From Acinetobacter wanghuae (GTDB lineage: Bacteria; Pseudomonadota; Gammaproteobacteria; Pseudomonadales; Moraxellaceae): a stretch of DNA of 32,000 nt. The translations under genes were made by a program, and so were the position numbers. Shown in pieces: positions 1 through 12,330 of the stretch. Numbering within the stretch: the first letter of the stretch is position 1; the number at the start of each line of letters is the position of its first letter. Under the pieces are notes generated by a model. It had not been told where the DNA came from. It did not search any database and was given only the letters and a program-made list of their open reading frames with translations. Location: the NCBI RefSeq assembly GCF_009557235.1, contig NZ_CP045650.1:1-32000 (forward strand), given 5' to 3'.

Positions 1-46
1 CCAATCTTCTTATTTGAAGAAATTATGTTGAATTTGCCATGACAGA

Positions 47-55
47 TGTGGATAA
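47..55 (-). promoter_or_regulatory. Consensus DnaA box upstream of dnaA
   Basis: Plus strand reads TGTGGATAA, the reverse complement of TTATCCACA (9/9), about 75 nt upstream of the dnaA ATG. This fits dnaA autoregulation and/or the edge of an origin lying mostly off-window. Confidence 0.6.
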
Positions 56-130
56 CTTAGTTAGAATGGCGACCCGCTTCTGATAGCGGTATATGTTTTA
101 CAACTCAATGGAATGAAATAGGGGATTCAC

Positions 131-1519
131 ATGCTTTGGACAGAGTGCTTAAATCGCTTGCGACAAGAGCTATCTGGAAATGTCTTTACAATGTGGATTC
201 GGCCATTAGTTGCTGAAGAATTGACAGACACCCTCCGACTGTATGCGCCTAATCCGTATTGGACGCGTTATATACAAGAACATCATTTAGAACTCATTTC
301 TATTTTGGCAGAACAATTGTCAGAAGGGCGTGTGCGTAAAGTCGAGATTTTAGTTGATTCTCGACCAGGTGCTATTTTATCGTCAAGTGAACAACCTGCG
401 ACCACAACAGCTGCTCTGGATTCAACGCCAATGCCTGTGACTGCACCAACCCCACGTCCACGTAAAGAAAAAGAAGAAACGATTAAAAACAGCCGAAAGC
501 GCCAGCTTAATCCGCTATTTACCTTCTCATTATTTGTCGAAGGTCGTTCAAATCAAATGGCAGCAGAGACTTGTCGGAAAGTCCTTACGCAATTGGGTGC
601 CTCGCAACACAATCCATTATTTTTATATGGGCCAACAGGTTTGGGTAAAACGCATTTAATGCAAGCAGTAGGGAATGCATTATTACAAGCGAAACCAAAT
701 GCGCGTGTCATGTACATGACCGCTGAAAGTTTTGTACAAGATTTTGTCAGCTCTTTACAACAAGGTAAAGTTGAAGAGTTTAAGAAAAATTGCCGATCTT
801 TGGATTTGTTGTTGGTTGATGATATTCATTTACTTGCAGGTAAAGAAGCAAGTTTGGTGGAATTTTTCTATACCTTCAACGCATTATTAGATGAATCAAA
901 ACAAATTATTTTAACATCAGATCGCTATCCAAAAGAATTAACTGAACTCGATCCACGTTTGGTTTCTCGTTTTTCTTGGGGATTATCGGTTGGTGTTGAG
1001 CCGCCTGATATTGAAACACGTATCGAAATTTTGCTGAAAAAAGCAGAAAATAGTGATGTGGATTTACCACGTAATTGTGCTTTGTTTATTGCACAGCAAG
1101 TGGTTGCCAACGTTCGTGAATTAGAAGGTGCATTGAACAAGGTTGTCGCGATTTCACGTTTCAAAGGTACATCGATTGATTTAGATGTCGTGCGTGAATC
1201 ACTCAAAGATGTTCTTGCGATTCGTGCACGCACCATCAGCACTGAAAATATTCAGCGTGTCGTAAGTGAATATTTCCGTATTCCACTGAAGGAAATTGTA
1301 GGACCAAAACGGACGCGTATTTATGCTCGTCCTCGTCAACTGGCAATGGGCTTGGCACGTGAACTGACAGGTGATAGTTTCCCTGAAATTGGCATGGCTT
1401 TTGGTGGTCGTGATCACAGTACAGTTATGCACGCGTGTGAGAAAGTTCAGAGTCTGCGTGAAGAAGATCCGATCTTCAATGAAGACTATAAAAACTTACA
1501 ACGCTTGTTGCAAAGTTAA
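131..1519 (+). CDS. dnaA: Chromosomal replication initiator protein DnaA
   Basis: 462-aa ORF. AAA+ Walker A GPTGLGKTHL, Walker B LLLVDDIH, C-terminal DNA-binding signature IGMAFGGRDHSTVMHACEKV. Followed by dnaN-recF-gyrB. Confidence 0.97.
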   Translation: MLWTECLNRLRQELSGNVFTMWIRPLVAEELTDTLRLYAPNPYWTRYIQEHHLELISILAEQLSEGRVRKVEILVDSRPGAILSSSEQPATTTAALDSTPMPVTAPTPRPRKEKEETIKNSRKRQLNPLFTFSLFVEGRSNQMAAETCRKVLTQLGASQHNPLFLYGPTGLGKTHLMQAVGNALLQAKPNARVMYMTAESFVQDFVSSLQQGKVEEFKKNCRSLDLLLVDDIHLLAGKEASLVEFFYTFNALLDESKQIILTSDRYPKELTELDPRLVSRFSWGLSVGVEPPDIETRIEILLKKAENSDVDLPRNCALFIAQQVVANVRELEGALNKVVAISRFKGTSIDLDVVRESLKDVLAIRARTISTENIQRVVSEYFRIPLKEIVGPKRTRIYARPRQLAMGLARELTGDSFPEIGMAFGGRDHSTVMHACEKVQSLREEDPIFNEDYKNLQRLLQS

Positions 1520-1627
1520 GCAAATCTGATCAAATTCTATTCTTGCTATGCGGCTTTTTTTGCCGCATAGTACACTGCTAAAAATTAATTTTTTCTATAT
1601 TTATCTTCAGTTTTAGAGGAATGTACC

Positions 1628-2776
1628 GTGCGTTTAAAAATCGCGAAAGAAAGCTTACTGAATGTTCTCTCACATGTCGTAGGAGCGGTTGAACGTCGCC
1701 ATACTTTAAATATTCTATCCAACCTTAAAATCCAAGTATCGCAAGATGCATTAACGGTGACAGGTTCGGATTTAGAAGTTGAATTGGTGGCAAGTACCAC
1801 CTTAGCTGAAGGTGCGTGTCTGCAAGCCGGTGTTACGACTGTGCCCGCACGTAAACTCATTGATATCTGTAAATCATTGCCATCATCGGCATTGATTGAT
1901 CTGCAAATTACAGATGATCAACGCTGCATTTTAAAATCAGGCAATAGCCGTTTTGTATTGGGTACTTTACCTGCCGATGATTACCCATTGCTTGCCAATG
2001 AAAATGCGCAAGGTACGCAAGTCATAGTGACTCAACGCGAGTTAAAGCGTCTGTTTGAAAAGACTGCTTTTGCAATGGCTGTTCAAGATGTGCGTTTTTA
2101 TTTAACAGGTACATTACTTGAAATTGATGCGAATCAATTGCGCGCAGTGACTACAGATGGTCACCGTTTAGCACTTTGTGAAACCACAGCGCAATCTACG
2201 GCAACACAACCCATCCAGGCGATTGTTCCACGTAAAGCTGTGGCTGAATTACAGCGCTTGCTTAGTGTTGAAGATGAACAGTTGTCTTTACTGATTGGTC
2301 GTGAATTATTAAACGTGACCATTCAAGCACCAAGTCGTGATAAAGAGCAGGGTGATATTACCGTTCGTTTCACCACGAAGTTGATTGATGGTAAATTCCC
2401 TGACTATCGTCGTGTGATTCCACGTGGTGGTGATAAAGTTGTCATGATTGCACATGATGTATTTAAGCAATCGTTGCAACGCGTTGCGATTTTAAGTAAT
2501 GAAAAATTACGTGGTGTATTCCTGAATTTTGATGCCGATTCTTTACAGCTTCGTGCTAATAACCCAGAGCAAGATGAAGCAATTGAAGACTTAGCAATTC
2601 AATATGCAGATTCACCTTTGGAAATGTCATTCAATGCACAGTACTTGATTGAAGTGCTTGGTGTGCTTGACGGTGATGATGTCTCTATGACCATGACAGA
2701 GGCAAATCAATCAGTATTGGTACAAGATCCTGCACACACCGATCAGACCTATGTTGTGATGCCGATGCGTGTCTAA
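1628..2776 (+). CDS. dnaN: DNA polymerase III beta sliding clamp
   Basis: 382-aa ORF with GTG start preceded by GAGGAA about 8 nt upstream. N-terminus MRLKIAKESLLNVL and C-terminus YVVMPMRV are typical of DnaN. Canonical position after dnaA. Confidence 0.95.
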   Translation: MRLKIAKESLLNVLSHVVGAVERRHTLNILSNLKIQVSQDALTVTGSDLEVELVASTTLAEGACLQAGVTTVPARKLIDICKSLPSSALIDLQITDDQRCILKSGNSRFVLGTLPADDYPLLANENAQGTQVIVTQRELKRLFEKTAFAMAVQDVRFYLTGTLLEIDANQLRAVTTDGHRLALCETTAQSTATQPIQAIVPRKAVAELQRLLSVEDEQLSLLIGRELLNVTIQAPSRDKEQGDITVRFTTKLIDGKFPDYRRVIPRGGDKVVMIAHDVFKQSLQRVAILSNEKLRGVFLNFDADSLQLRANNPEQDEAIEDLAIQYADSPLEMSFNAQYLIEVLGVLDGDDVSMTMTEANQSVLVQDPAHTDQTYVVMPMRV

Positions 2777-2801
2777 ATCATTTTCGATGCTGAATTAATT
2801 T

Positions 2802-3884
2802 ATGCATATTACGCGTTTACATATTGAGCGTGTACGAAACTTAAAAACGGTTGCTCTCCAAGGATTGCAGCCGTTTAATGTTTTTTACGGCGCAAATGGT
2901 TCGGGTAAAACTTCTATTTTAGAGGCTATTCATTTACTCGCGACTGGCCGATCCTTTCGTACCCACATTCCTAAAAACTATATCCAGCACAGTACACAGG
3001 ATGCGATTGTATTTGCGCAGTCTTTAACAGAAAAGATTGGTATGCAAAAAATGGCAAGTGGTGAGCAGCTAATTAAAGTGAACGGTGATTTGGTGGCTAC
3101 TCAAGGGCAACTTGCTAAATTACTTCCTTTGCAACTGATCGATCCACAAAGTACCGACACTATTGATCATGGTGCCAAGCCACGACGACAACTTTTAGAT
3201 TGGTTGATGTTCCACGTGGAACCTGAGTTTTTCCACGCTTGGCAATATTATGCACGTGCCTTAAAACAACGAAATAGTTTGCTGAAATCTAGACGTTCCT
3301 TAAGACTTTCTGATCTAGAACCTTGGAATCAGATGCTCAGTGAATATGGTGAGATTTTACATTCGCAGCGCGTGGGCATCGTGGAACAATGGAAACCTCT
3401 TTTTGAGCAAGATCTTAAAAAGTTGTTGCCTGATGTTCAGGTGAGTTTGGAATATAGTCCAGGTTTTCATACAGAGACGGGGTTGCTCAACGATCTCACT
3501 AATTATCATCAACGTGATGTGGATAGACGGCATACAGAATATGGTCCACATCGCGCTGATTTGCGTTTAAAGACCGATTTGGGTGATGCGGACGTGATCC
3601 TATCGCGTGGTCAGAAAAAGCTGCTTATGACTGCGTTAAAACTGTCGCAAATCGCAATGCTACATGCTTGTAATAAGGAAACTGTGGTATTATTAGATGA
3701 TGTAACAGCAGAATTAGATTTAACCGCACAACAACGTTTAATTGAGCGATTGAGCCAGCTTGGTAGTCAAGTTTTTATTACCACATTAGACCATGAATCA
3801 GTACAAAAGCACCTACATGATTTGTCTATCTCATATCAGTTATTCAACGTTGAAAACGGTACAGTTCAAGTTGTTGTGCACTAA
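2802..3884 (+). CDS. recF: DNA replication and repair protein RecF
   Basis: 360-aa ORF. N-terminal Walker [13 protein letters not shown]-like signature SRGQKKLL, Walker B VLLDDV. Lies between dnaN and gyrB. Confidence 0.95.
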   Translation: MHITRLHIERVRNLKTVALQGLQPFNVFYGANGSGKTSILEAIHLLATGRSFRTHIPKNYIQHSTQDAIVFAQSLTEKIGMQKMASGEQLIKVNGDLVATQGQLAKLLPLQLIDPQSTDTIDHGAKPRRQLLDWLMFHVEPEFFHAWQYYARALKQRNSLLKSRRSLRLSDLEPWNQMLSEYGEILHSQRVGIVEQWKPLFEQDLKKLLPDVQVSLEYSPGFHTETGLLNDLTNYHQRDVDRRHTEYGPHRADLRLKTDLGDADVILSRGQKKLLMTALKLSQIAMLHACNKETVVLLDDVTAELDLTAQQRLIERLSQLGSQVFITTLDHESVQKHLHDLSISYQLFNVENGTVQVVVH

Positions 3885-3918
3885 TTTTCCAAGTTTGGAT
3901 AGACCTATTTTTCACTAG

Positions 3919-6396
<2,478 letters not shown>

Positions 6397-6416
6397 TTTG
6401 CTTACAGAATGATCTG

Positions 6417-6446
6417 AAAAAAGCACCTTTCGAGGTGCTTTTTTTA
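6417..6446 (+). terminator. Intrinsic terminator after gyrB
   Basis: Stem GCACCT (6423-6428) / AGGTGC (6433-6438) with TTCG loop, followed by a T-run at 6439-6446. An A-run on the 5' side makes it look bidirectional. Confidence 0.8.
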
Positions 6447-6570
6447 TGATATTGTCATTTAAGTCGTTCAAACTATACTCAAAATATGAGGCATATTCTC
6501 TTTTAATTATGTAATCAAGAGATTGAAATATTCTCGTTTTAAATCGATATCACTGTGTGAGGTCATTGAA

Positions 6571-6918
6571 ATGGATAATGAGTTAGAGCAAATCCGTGAC
6601 ATTTGGATGGATGCATTTTTTGCAGGTCATTATGACGTACTACGTCGTTATGAACGTGAAGATTTTAAGGTGGTTTATGAGCAACAAGGTCGTGTTGAGA
6701 GCAATTACACACGCTATGATTTGATCGCGCATGCGGTGCAAAATGGGGTGTGGAAACCACAGATCCTAGATGTCGAATTTGAGAACTATGAGTTTAATCG
6801 CGATCAAACCGAATGCCATATTCAAATTGGGCTTGAGTCCTCAAAGCAAAAAATTCAAGAAATATGGCTATATGAAAATGAATGGAAAATTAGTGAGTTA
6901 AGATTTCTTAAGGATTAA
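6571..6918 (+). CDS. Hypothetical protein, possibly NTF2/SnoaL-like (DUF4440-type) fold
   Basis: ORF track begins at TTG 6523. I prefer ATG 6571 (MDNELEQ...), which has TGAGG about 8 nt upstream. Small cytoplasmic protein with no diagnostic motif; the fold guess comes only from size and pattern. Confidence 0.55.
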   Translation: MDNELEQIRDIWMDAFFAGHYDVLRRYEREDFKVVYEQQGRVESNYTRYDLIAHAVQNGVWKPQILDVEFENYEFNRDQTECHIQIGLESSKQKIQEIWLYENEWKISELRFLKD

Positions 6919-6985
6919 AAAGAAAAATAGAATGATAAATACAAGAAAAGTAATTTAAATAAATAGCTCAAATACTAATCAATAC

Positions 6986-7043
6986 TGTGGATAACTCCAA
7001 AGTTATCCATATTAATTATATGAAAAATAAAATATCATCCACA
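6986..7043. promoter_or_regulatory. Cluster of three DnaA boxes in an AT-rich spacer
   Basis: TGTGGATAA at 6986-6994 (9/9, minus orientation). TTATCCATA at 7003-7011 (8/9, plus). TCATCCACA at 7035-7043 (8/9, plus). The first two are head-to-head, 8 bp apart. Confidence 0.55.
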
Positions 7044-7397
7044 TGCATAATTTAAATAATGATGGCATCTTTTTAAATTTAAAAATAAAATAGGCGCTAT
7101 AAGTTTTTGTTTTGAATTTAAAATGAATGTTATAAATTTAAAAGCTTTTGATACGGTCTCTCATTCACGCTTATCAATTTTTTCATATATTTATCAGTCG
7201 TCTATGTGTTGTTTAATTTAAACTAAATAATAGTCGTGGAACATTAAATTATTATAATTTCTCTTTGTTTAGTGGTTCTACACACAGGTGTATCTACATA
7301 AAATTATTTAATATTTTTCTTTCGTTTTAAATGTATGTAGCAGTGCTCAATCTCAAAAAATAATTTTAAATGTTCAATTGATGAGAATCCTAAAATT

Positions 7398-7424
7398 AAA
7401 AAAAGCGTCCAATGGACGCTTTTT
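7398..7424 (-). terminator. Intrinsic terminator downstream of the ADH gene
   Basis: Stem AGCGTCC (7404-7410) / GGACGCT (7414-7420). The A-run at 7398-7403 gives a U-run on the minus strand. Lies 11 nt after the stop at 7435. Confidence 0.8.
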
Positions 7425-7434
7425 GATGGATTGC

Positions 7435-8598
7435 TTAAGGCGTTAAAATCACTTTTCGGCAATCTTCCTCACGCTTATCAAAAATTCGATAGCCTTCTGC
7501 TGCATCAGCGAGTTTCATGCGGTGGGTAATAATGACTTCTGGTGAAAGGTCGCCATTTTCAACAAATTCCAACAGTTGTGGTAAATAATGATGTACATGT
7601 GTTTGTCCCATCTTGAAAGTCAGACCTTTATCAAAAGCATCTCCAAATAAGAAACCATGAATTGGACCCGCATAAACCCCTGGGACACTCACAACGCCAC
7701 CACGACGCACAGCTGCAATGCATTGACGTAGTGCGAAACCACTAGAACCTTCTATTTTTAAGTTGGTCAAGACGGTTTCGACCATACTGCCTTTTGCTTC
7801 AAAACCTACGGCATCAATTACAGCATCTACGCCACGATAGCCTGCCGTACGTTCAATAATAAAGGCGGCTGCATCGACTTCATCAAAGTTTACGGGAATT
7901 GCACCATAGGTTTGATGGGCAAATTGCAAACGATAAGCATGATGATCGACCATGAAAATCTGTTCAGCTCCAAGCATTTTTGCACAGGCTGCTGCCAATA
8001 GTCCGACAGGACCTGCACCATAAATCGCAACACTCGAACCACGTTGTACTTGCGCATTGGTAACCGCTTGCCATGCTGTCGGTAAAATATCGGTCAGGAA
8101 TAATACTTTTTCATCAGGCAATGAGCCCGGTACTTTAAAGGGACCAATATTGCCTTTGGGAATTCGGACATATTCTGCTTGTCCGCCCGGTATACCGCCA
8201 TATAAATGGCTGTAACCAAATAATGCTGCTCCCGGTGGAATTTGCTTTTTATTAATGATAGCACCACGTCCTGAATTGGTATTTTCACAGGCTGCAGTTA
8301 AGTCATGTTCACAGAAGAAACAATGACCACAAGCAATCACAAAGGGAATAATGACCCGATCACCTTTTTTAACAGCGGTCACTTCAGAACCGACTTCTTC
8401 AACGACCCCCATAAATTCATGACCAAAAATATCACCTTGTTCCGTCGCAGGAATTTTCCCGTGATAAAGGTGTAAATCTGAACCGCAAATGGCAGTCGCG
8501 GTTACTCTTAAAATAACATCATCAGCTTCTTGAATAATTGGATCTGGAACGGATTCAACTCGTACATCTCGAGTACCATGATAAGTCAGTGCACGCAT
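7435..8598 (-). CDS. Zn-dependent alcohol dehydrogenase family oxidoreductase (glutathione-independent formaldehyde dehydrogenase-like)
   Basis: 387 aa. Zn-ADH signature [12 protein letters not shown], structural-Zn Cys cluster [15 protein letters not shown], Rossmann motif [10 protein letters not shown]. The GQAEYV, DILPTAW and DAVGFEA blocks resemble the FdhA subfamily as I remember it. Confidence 0.85.
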   Translation of the reverse strand: MRALTYHGTRDVRVESVPDPIIQEADDVILRVTATAICGSDLHLYHGKIPATEQGDIFGHEFMGVVEEVGSEVTAVKKGDRVIIPFVIACGHCFFCEHDLTAACENTNSGRGAIINKKQIPPGAALFGYSHLYGGIPGGQAEYVRIPKGNIGPFKVPGSLPDEKVLFLTDILPTAWQAVTNAQVQRGSSVAIYGAGPVGLLAAACAKMLGAEQIFMVDHHAYRLQFAHQTYGAIPVNFDEVDAAAFIIERTAGYRGVDAVIDAVGFEAKGSMVETVLTNLKIEGSSGFALRQCIAAVRRGGVVSVPGVYAGPIHGFLFGDAFDKGLTFKMGQTHVHHYLPQLLEFVENGDLSPEVIITHRMKLADAAEGYRIFDKREEDCRKVILTP

Positions 8599-8871
8599 AT
8601 GGATTTCCTTTCTCGTTCAATATGAAATAGGCAGCCTCAAATAAGGCTGTTCCTTATGAATCTTGATCAGAGCTTTATGATGCATGCGAGTGCTGTAAAT
8701 GAGTGTATAAAATGAGCACGACAACTGTTTAAAAAAATGCTTTATATGATGCTTTGGTAATTTTTCAATTCTAGCTTTTAGCTATCAATCATTTAGATTT
8801 ATTTTTGTTGTTTAAATCATGAGAAAAATAGAGCAGATTCACCTTAATTCTTTTCATTGTTCTTCAGACAT

Positions 8872-8905
8872 AAAAAAAGATGTGTGATATTCATCACACA
8901 TCTTT
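8872..8905 (-). terminator. Intrinsic terminator downstream of yheS
   Basis: Stem AAGATGTGTGAT / ATCACACATCTT (about 8878-8905) with a 4-nt loop. The A-run at 8872-8878 gives a U-run on the minus strand. Lies just after the stop at 8927. Confidence 0.8.
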
Positions 8906-8926
8906 AAATTTTAGATGATTTAAAAG

Positions 8927-10867
8927 TTAAATATTTTGAAAAGATTGCTCAAGATTTTCGAGTTCCATCATCATCTCTAACATGCTTTCTTCAGCTGCAG
9001 CGAGTTGATTTTTTAACTCAGTTTGTTCATTCATGAGTTTAAGTAAATCATCTTTGCGCGAGGCTTCGTACAATTCGCTATCGCCTAAAGCAGTTTCAAT
9101 AGCTAATAAACGCGGTTGAATTTTAGCAATTTGCGCTTCAGTCTTTTCAATATTTTTACGAATCGGGCGGCTTAACTCACGTTGGCGCGCAGCCTCTTTA
9201 CGCTGTGCTTCTTTATCAAGTTTTGAAATCGTGGTTTTGACTTCAACTTGAGATTTCACGGGTGCCGCCGGTTTTTGACCATTTTTGATCATCTCAATGC
9301 GGGCTTGACGTAACCAGTCTGCATAAGCAACCAAGTCACCATCAAATTCACGACTTTGACCGCCATGTACTAAAATCAGTTCGTCACAAACGCTCGCTAC
9401 CAATTGACGTTCGTGCGATACCAGAACCACAGCACCTTCAAAATCTTGTAATGCCATCGTCAATGCATGGCGCATATCTAAGTCTAAATGGTTGGTCGGT
9501 TCATCCAAAATCAGCACGTTTGGACGTTTCCAAACAATCAATGCTAAGGCTAAACGCGCACGTTCACCGCCTGAGAAGCTTTCACTTGGCGTATCCATAC
9601 GTTCGCCACTGAAACCAAAACTACCTAAGAACGCACGCAATGTTGCTTCACTGATTTTTTTGTCTGCAATACGCGCAAGTTGCAACATTGGACTTGCTTT
9701 ACCATCCAACGCATCCATTTGATGCTGAGCAAAATAACCAATATTCAGTAGTTCAGAATCTTTGCGTGTGCCTTGCATGAGTTCTAAATCACCGACCAAA
9801 GATTTGATTAAGGTCGATTTACCCGCCCCGTTCATACCGAGTAAACCAATACGACTGGTTGGGGTGATTTGTAAATTTACATTGGTCACAATGAGTTTGT
9901 CGCCATAACCGATATCGGCATGTTCAAGCTCGAGCAACGGCGAACTCATTTTAGTGGGTTCACGGAAACTAAAGGTAAATGGCGTATCGACATGTGCAGC
10001 CGAAAGTTCCTGCATACGTTCAAGTTGTTTAATACGGCTTTGTGCTTGTTTAGCTTTGGTCGCTTGCGCTTTAAAGCGATCAATATATTTTTGCAAATGC
10101 GCACGTGTTTCTAATTGTTTTTCATAGGCTTGTTGTTGTTGAGCCAAACGTTCACTACGCGTACGCTCGAAAGTCGAGTAGTTACCGGTGTAAAGAATGA
10201 GTTCTTGGTTTTCAATATGTAAAATATGATCGGTAATGGCATCTAAGAAATCACGGTCGTGCGAAATGAGGACTAATGTACCCTCATACGCTTTGAGCCA
10301 ATCTTCTAACCATAAAATTGCATCTAAGTCTAAATGGTTGGTCGGTTCATCAAGTAACAATAAATCTGAACGGCTCATGAGGGTACGCGCAAGGTTCAGA
10401 CGCATACGCCAACCACCCGAGAAACTTGAAACATCAAGCTGAGACTGATGCTCAAAGAAACCCAAACCTGCCATCAATTGTGATGCTTTAGATGGTGCTG
10501 AATAACCGGAAATTTCATCAAATCGACCGTATAAATGTGCCAATTCATCATCGTTGAGTTGATCTGGATGATCCAATTTATGTTGGATTTCCCAATATTC
10601 TTCATCACCTGAAAGTACGAAATCAATCGCTTTCATATCTAGCGCTTTAATTTCCTGCGCCATATGTGCGACCGTCCATACTGGAGGACGTGTTAATGAA
10701 CCACCATCTGACTCCATACCACCAAGTAACGCTGAAAATAGCGTTGATTTACCTGCACCATTGACGCCAGTAAGGCCAATTTTCCATCCAGGGTGTAACT
10801 GCATCGACGCTTTTTGAAATAAAACACGTCCACCGCGACGTATAGAAAGCTGATCTAACTGAATCAT
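8927..10867 (-). CDS. yheS: ABC-F family ATPase (translation-associated, YheS-type)
   Basis: 646 aa with two ABC cassettes and no TM domain. Walker A GVNGAGKST and GMNGAGKST, signatures FSGGWRMRLNLA and FSGGERARLALA, Walker B LLLLDEPTNHLD and VLILDEPTNHLD. Conserved inter-domain linker KATKAKQAQSRIKQLERM and a C-terminal coiled coil. Collinear with E. coli YheS from memory. Confidence 0.85.
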   Translation of the reverse strand: MIQLDQLSIRRGGRVLFQKASMQLHPGWKIGLTGVNGAGKSTLFSALLGGMESDGGSLTRPPVWTVAHMAQEIKALDMKAIDFVLSGDEEYWEIQHKLDHPDQLNDDELAHLYGRFDEISGYSAPSKASQLMAGLGFFEHQSQLDVSSFSGGWRMRLNLARTLMSRSDLLLLDEPTNHLDLDAILWLEDWLKAYEGTLVLISHDRDFLDAITDHILHIENQELILYTGNYSTFERTRSERLAQQQQAYEKQLETRAHLQKYIDRFKAQATKAKQAQSRIKQLERMQELSAAHVDTPFTFSFREPTKMSSPLLELEHADIGYGDKLIVTNVNLQITPTSRIGLLGMNGAGKSTLIKSLVGDLELMQGTRKDSELLNIGYFAQHQMDALDGKASPMLQLARIADKKISEATLRAFLGSFGFSGERMDTPSESFSGGERARLALALIVWKRPNVLILDEPTNHLDLDMRHALTMALQDFEGAVVLVSHERQLVASVCDELILVHGGQSREFDGDLVAYADWLRQARIEMIKNGQKPAAPVKSQVEVKTTISKLDKEAQRKEAARQRELSRPIRKNIEKTEAQIAKIQPRLLAIETALGDSELYEASRKDDLLKLMNEQTELKNQLAAAEESMLEMMMELENLEQSFQNI

Positions 10868-11079
10868 TGAAATATCTAAATGAGATGAATAGTGGCGCTA
10901 TTCTAAAGGAATCAGATACGAAAATAAAAAATCAATGCTGTTTAATTCATAGACTGAATTTAATGATTGTTTTTTAAGCAATTTGCCTCTATAAATAAAA
11001 TAGAATAATTACTCTATTCTTTATGTTCATTTGATTTTATAGTAATGACATACTTAAAAATAAAAACAGACGGACCACA

Positions 11080-12075
11080 ATGAAAAAAATATTATTGATA
11101 TTATCTGCATTGATTGCACAGACGAGTTTTGCCAAAGCAGATATTTGTGTTTTTGATTTACTTGGGAAATCGGGTGAATCTTATAAACTCATTGAAGAAT
11201 GGGCGCTTGCAAGTAAGCAATGGGGCATGGAGGTGCGTCTCATTGCGTATCAAGATGAAGCCAAAGTTGATCAAGACTTTAAAGCAGGCAAATGTGATGG
11301 CTTTTATATGACTTCTATGCGGGCGCGTGCTTATAACAAGTTTGCCGGTTCAATTGATGCCATTGGTGGCGTGACAAGCAATGATATTGCAATGAAAGCC
11401 ATTAGTTATGCATTAGATAAACGCAATAGCAAACGCCTAATCAATCAAGTTGGAAAAGATACATTTGAAGTTGCTGGTATTGGACAAATTGGAACAGCGT
11501 ATATTTTTGTTCGTGATCGTGCCATGAATAAAATCGAACATATCGAAGGCAAAAAATTCGCAGTACTGCATTATGACTATGCACAAAAAGCTATGACTGA
11601 TCGTATTGGTGCGGTGCCTGTGATGTCAGATATTTCTAATTTTATTAAAAAATTCAATCAAGGCGAAGTCGATGTGATTGCGGCACCAGCCTATGCATTT
11701 AAACCACTCGAAATTTCTAAAGGATTAGGCACGAAAGGTGGCATGATCAATTTTGCAGTGGTCAATGTCACTGCAGACTTAATTATTCGTCAGGATAAAT
11801 TTGCGGAAGGCTTTGCGACTGCATCAAGAGCTTGGTTTGTGAAACAATTACCGAAAAGTTTTGCAATGGTAAAACGGATGGAAGCGGATATTCCTAAAAA
11901 ATACATGATGAATCTGAGCCGTGAAGAAAAACTGAGTTATCAAAAAATTATTCGAGAGGGTCGAATTGAGTTAACCAAACAAGGTATTTATGACCCCATG
12001 ATGATGACTGTACTTAAAAAAGCCCGTTGTACGGTTGAACGAACCAATTTTGAATGCTCAATTTCAGGTGAATAG
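11080..12075 (+). CDS. Secreted putative solute-binding protein, paralogue 1 (AdeT-like)
   Basis: 331 aa. Signal peptide MKKILLILSALIAQTSFA. Four Cys conserved with the two downstream paralogues (ICVFD, KAGKCD, ARC...FEC). As I recall, the equivalent origin-proximal genes in A. baumannii carry the label AdeT. Confidence 0.8.
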   Translation: MKKILLILSALIAQTSFAKADICVFDLLGKSGESYKLIEEWALASKQWGMEVRLIAYQDEAKVDQDFKAGKCDGFYMTSMRARAYNKFAGSIDAIGGVTSNDIAMKAISYALDKRNSKRLINQVGKDTFEVAGIGQIGTAYIFVRDRAMNKIEHIEGKKFAVLHYDYAQKAMTDRIGAVPVMSDISNFIKKFNQGEVDVIAAPAYAFKPLEISKGLGTKGGMINFAVVNVTADLIIRQDKFAEGFATASRAWFVKQLPKSFAMVKRMEADIPKKYMMNLSREEKLSYQKIIREGRIELTKQGIYDPMMMTVLKKARCTVERTNFECSISGE

Positions 12076-12330
12076 CCTCAAAAAGTGTTTATCTTTGTAA
12101 CACTTAAAGTCAAAATGTAATTATTTTATTTAGCTAAATATTTATAATATATTGATATTGAAGCATTTAAAAAATATATCGACTCCAAAATAAGTTGCAC
12201 AAATAACTGGGTGGCATTTTAACTTTATTTTTTGGAGTAAAAGCTCTATTTTTTTTGGAGAAACTTGCTTAATATTTGAGGCGTGTATGGACCACACTCC
12301 CAAACAACAAGATTTTAAAGGAACACCAGA

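Noticed and set aside
925-1432. Antisense ORFs inside dnaA (925-1242, 1199-1432), plus similar ORFs inside dnaN, recF, yheS and the AdeT-like genes (1585-1860, 3357-3551, 9492-10442, 11114-11311, 12594-12800).
   Set aside because: They lie entirely within well-supported conserved genes, are short, lack RBSs and have low-complexity or odd composition. These are typical shadow ORFs.
6523-6570. TTG-initiated N-terminal extension of the NTF2-like ORF. Similar extensions occur at 13510-13530 (AdeT-like copy 3) and 19235-19267 (grpE).
   Set aside because: In each case an internal ATG has a properly spaced Shine-Dalgarno. For copy 3 it also gives a normal signal peptide, and for grpE a normal N-terminus.
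7020-7234. Tiny ORFs (11-32 codons) in the AT-rich spacer after the NTF2-like gene, and a TTGATA-N18-TATCAA promoter-like pair near 7149-7178.
   Set aside because: None has an RBS. Promoter-like hexamers are expected by chance in DNA this AT-rich.
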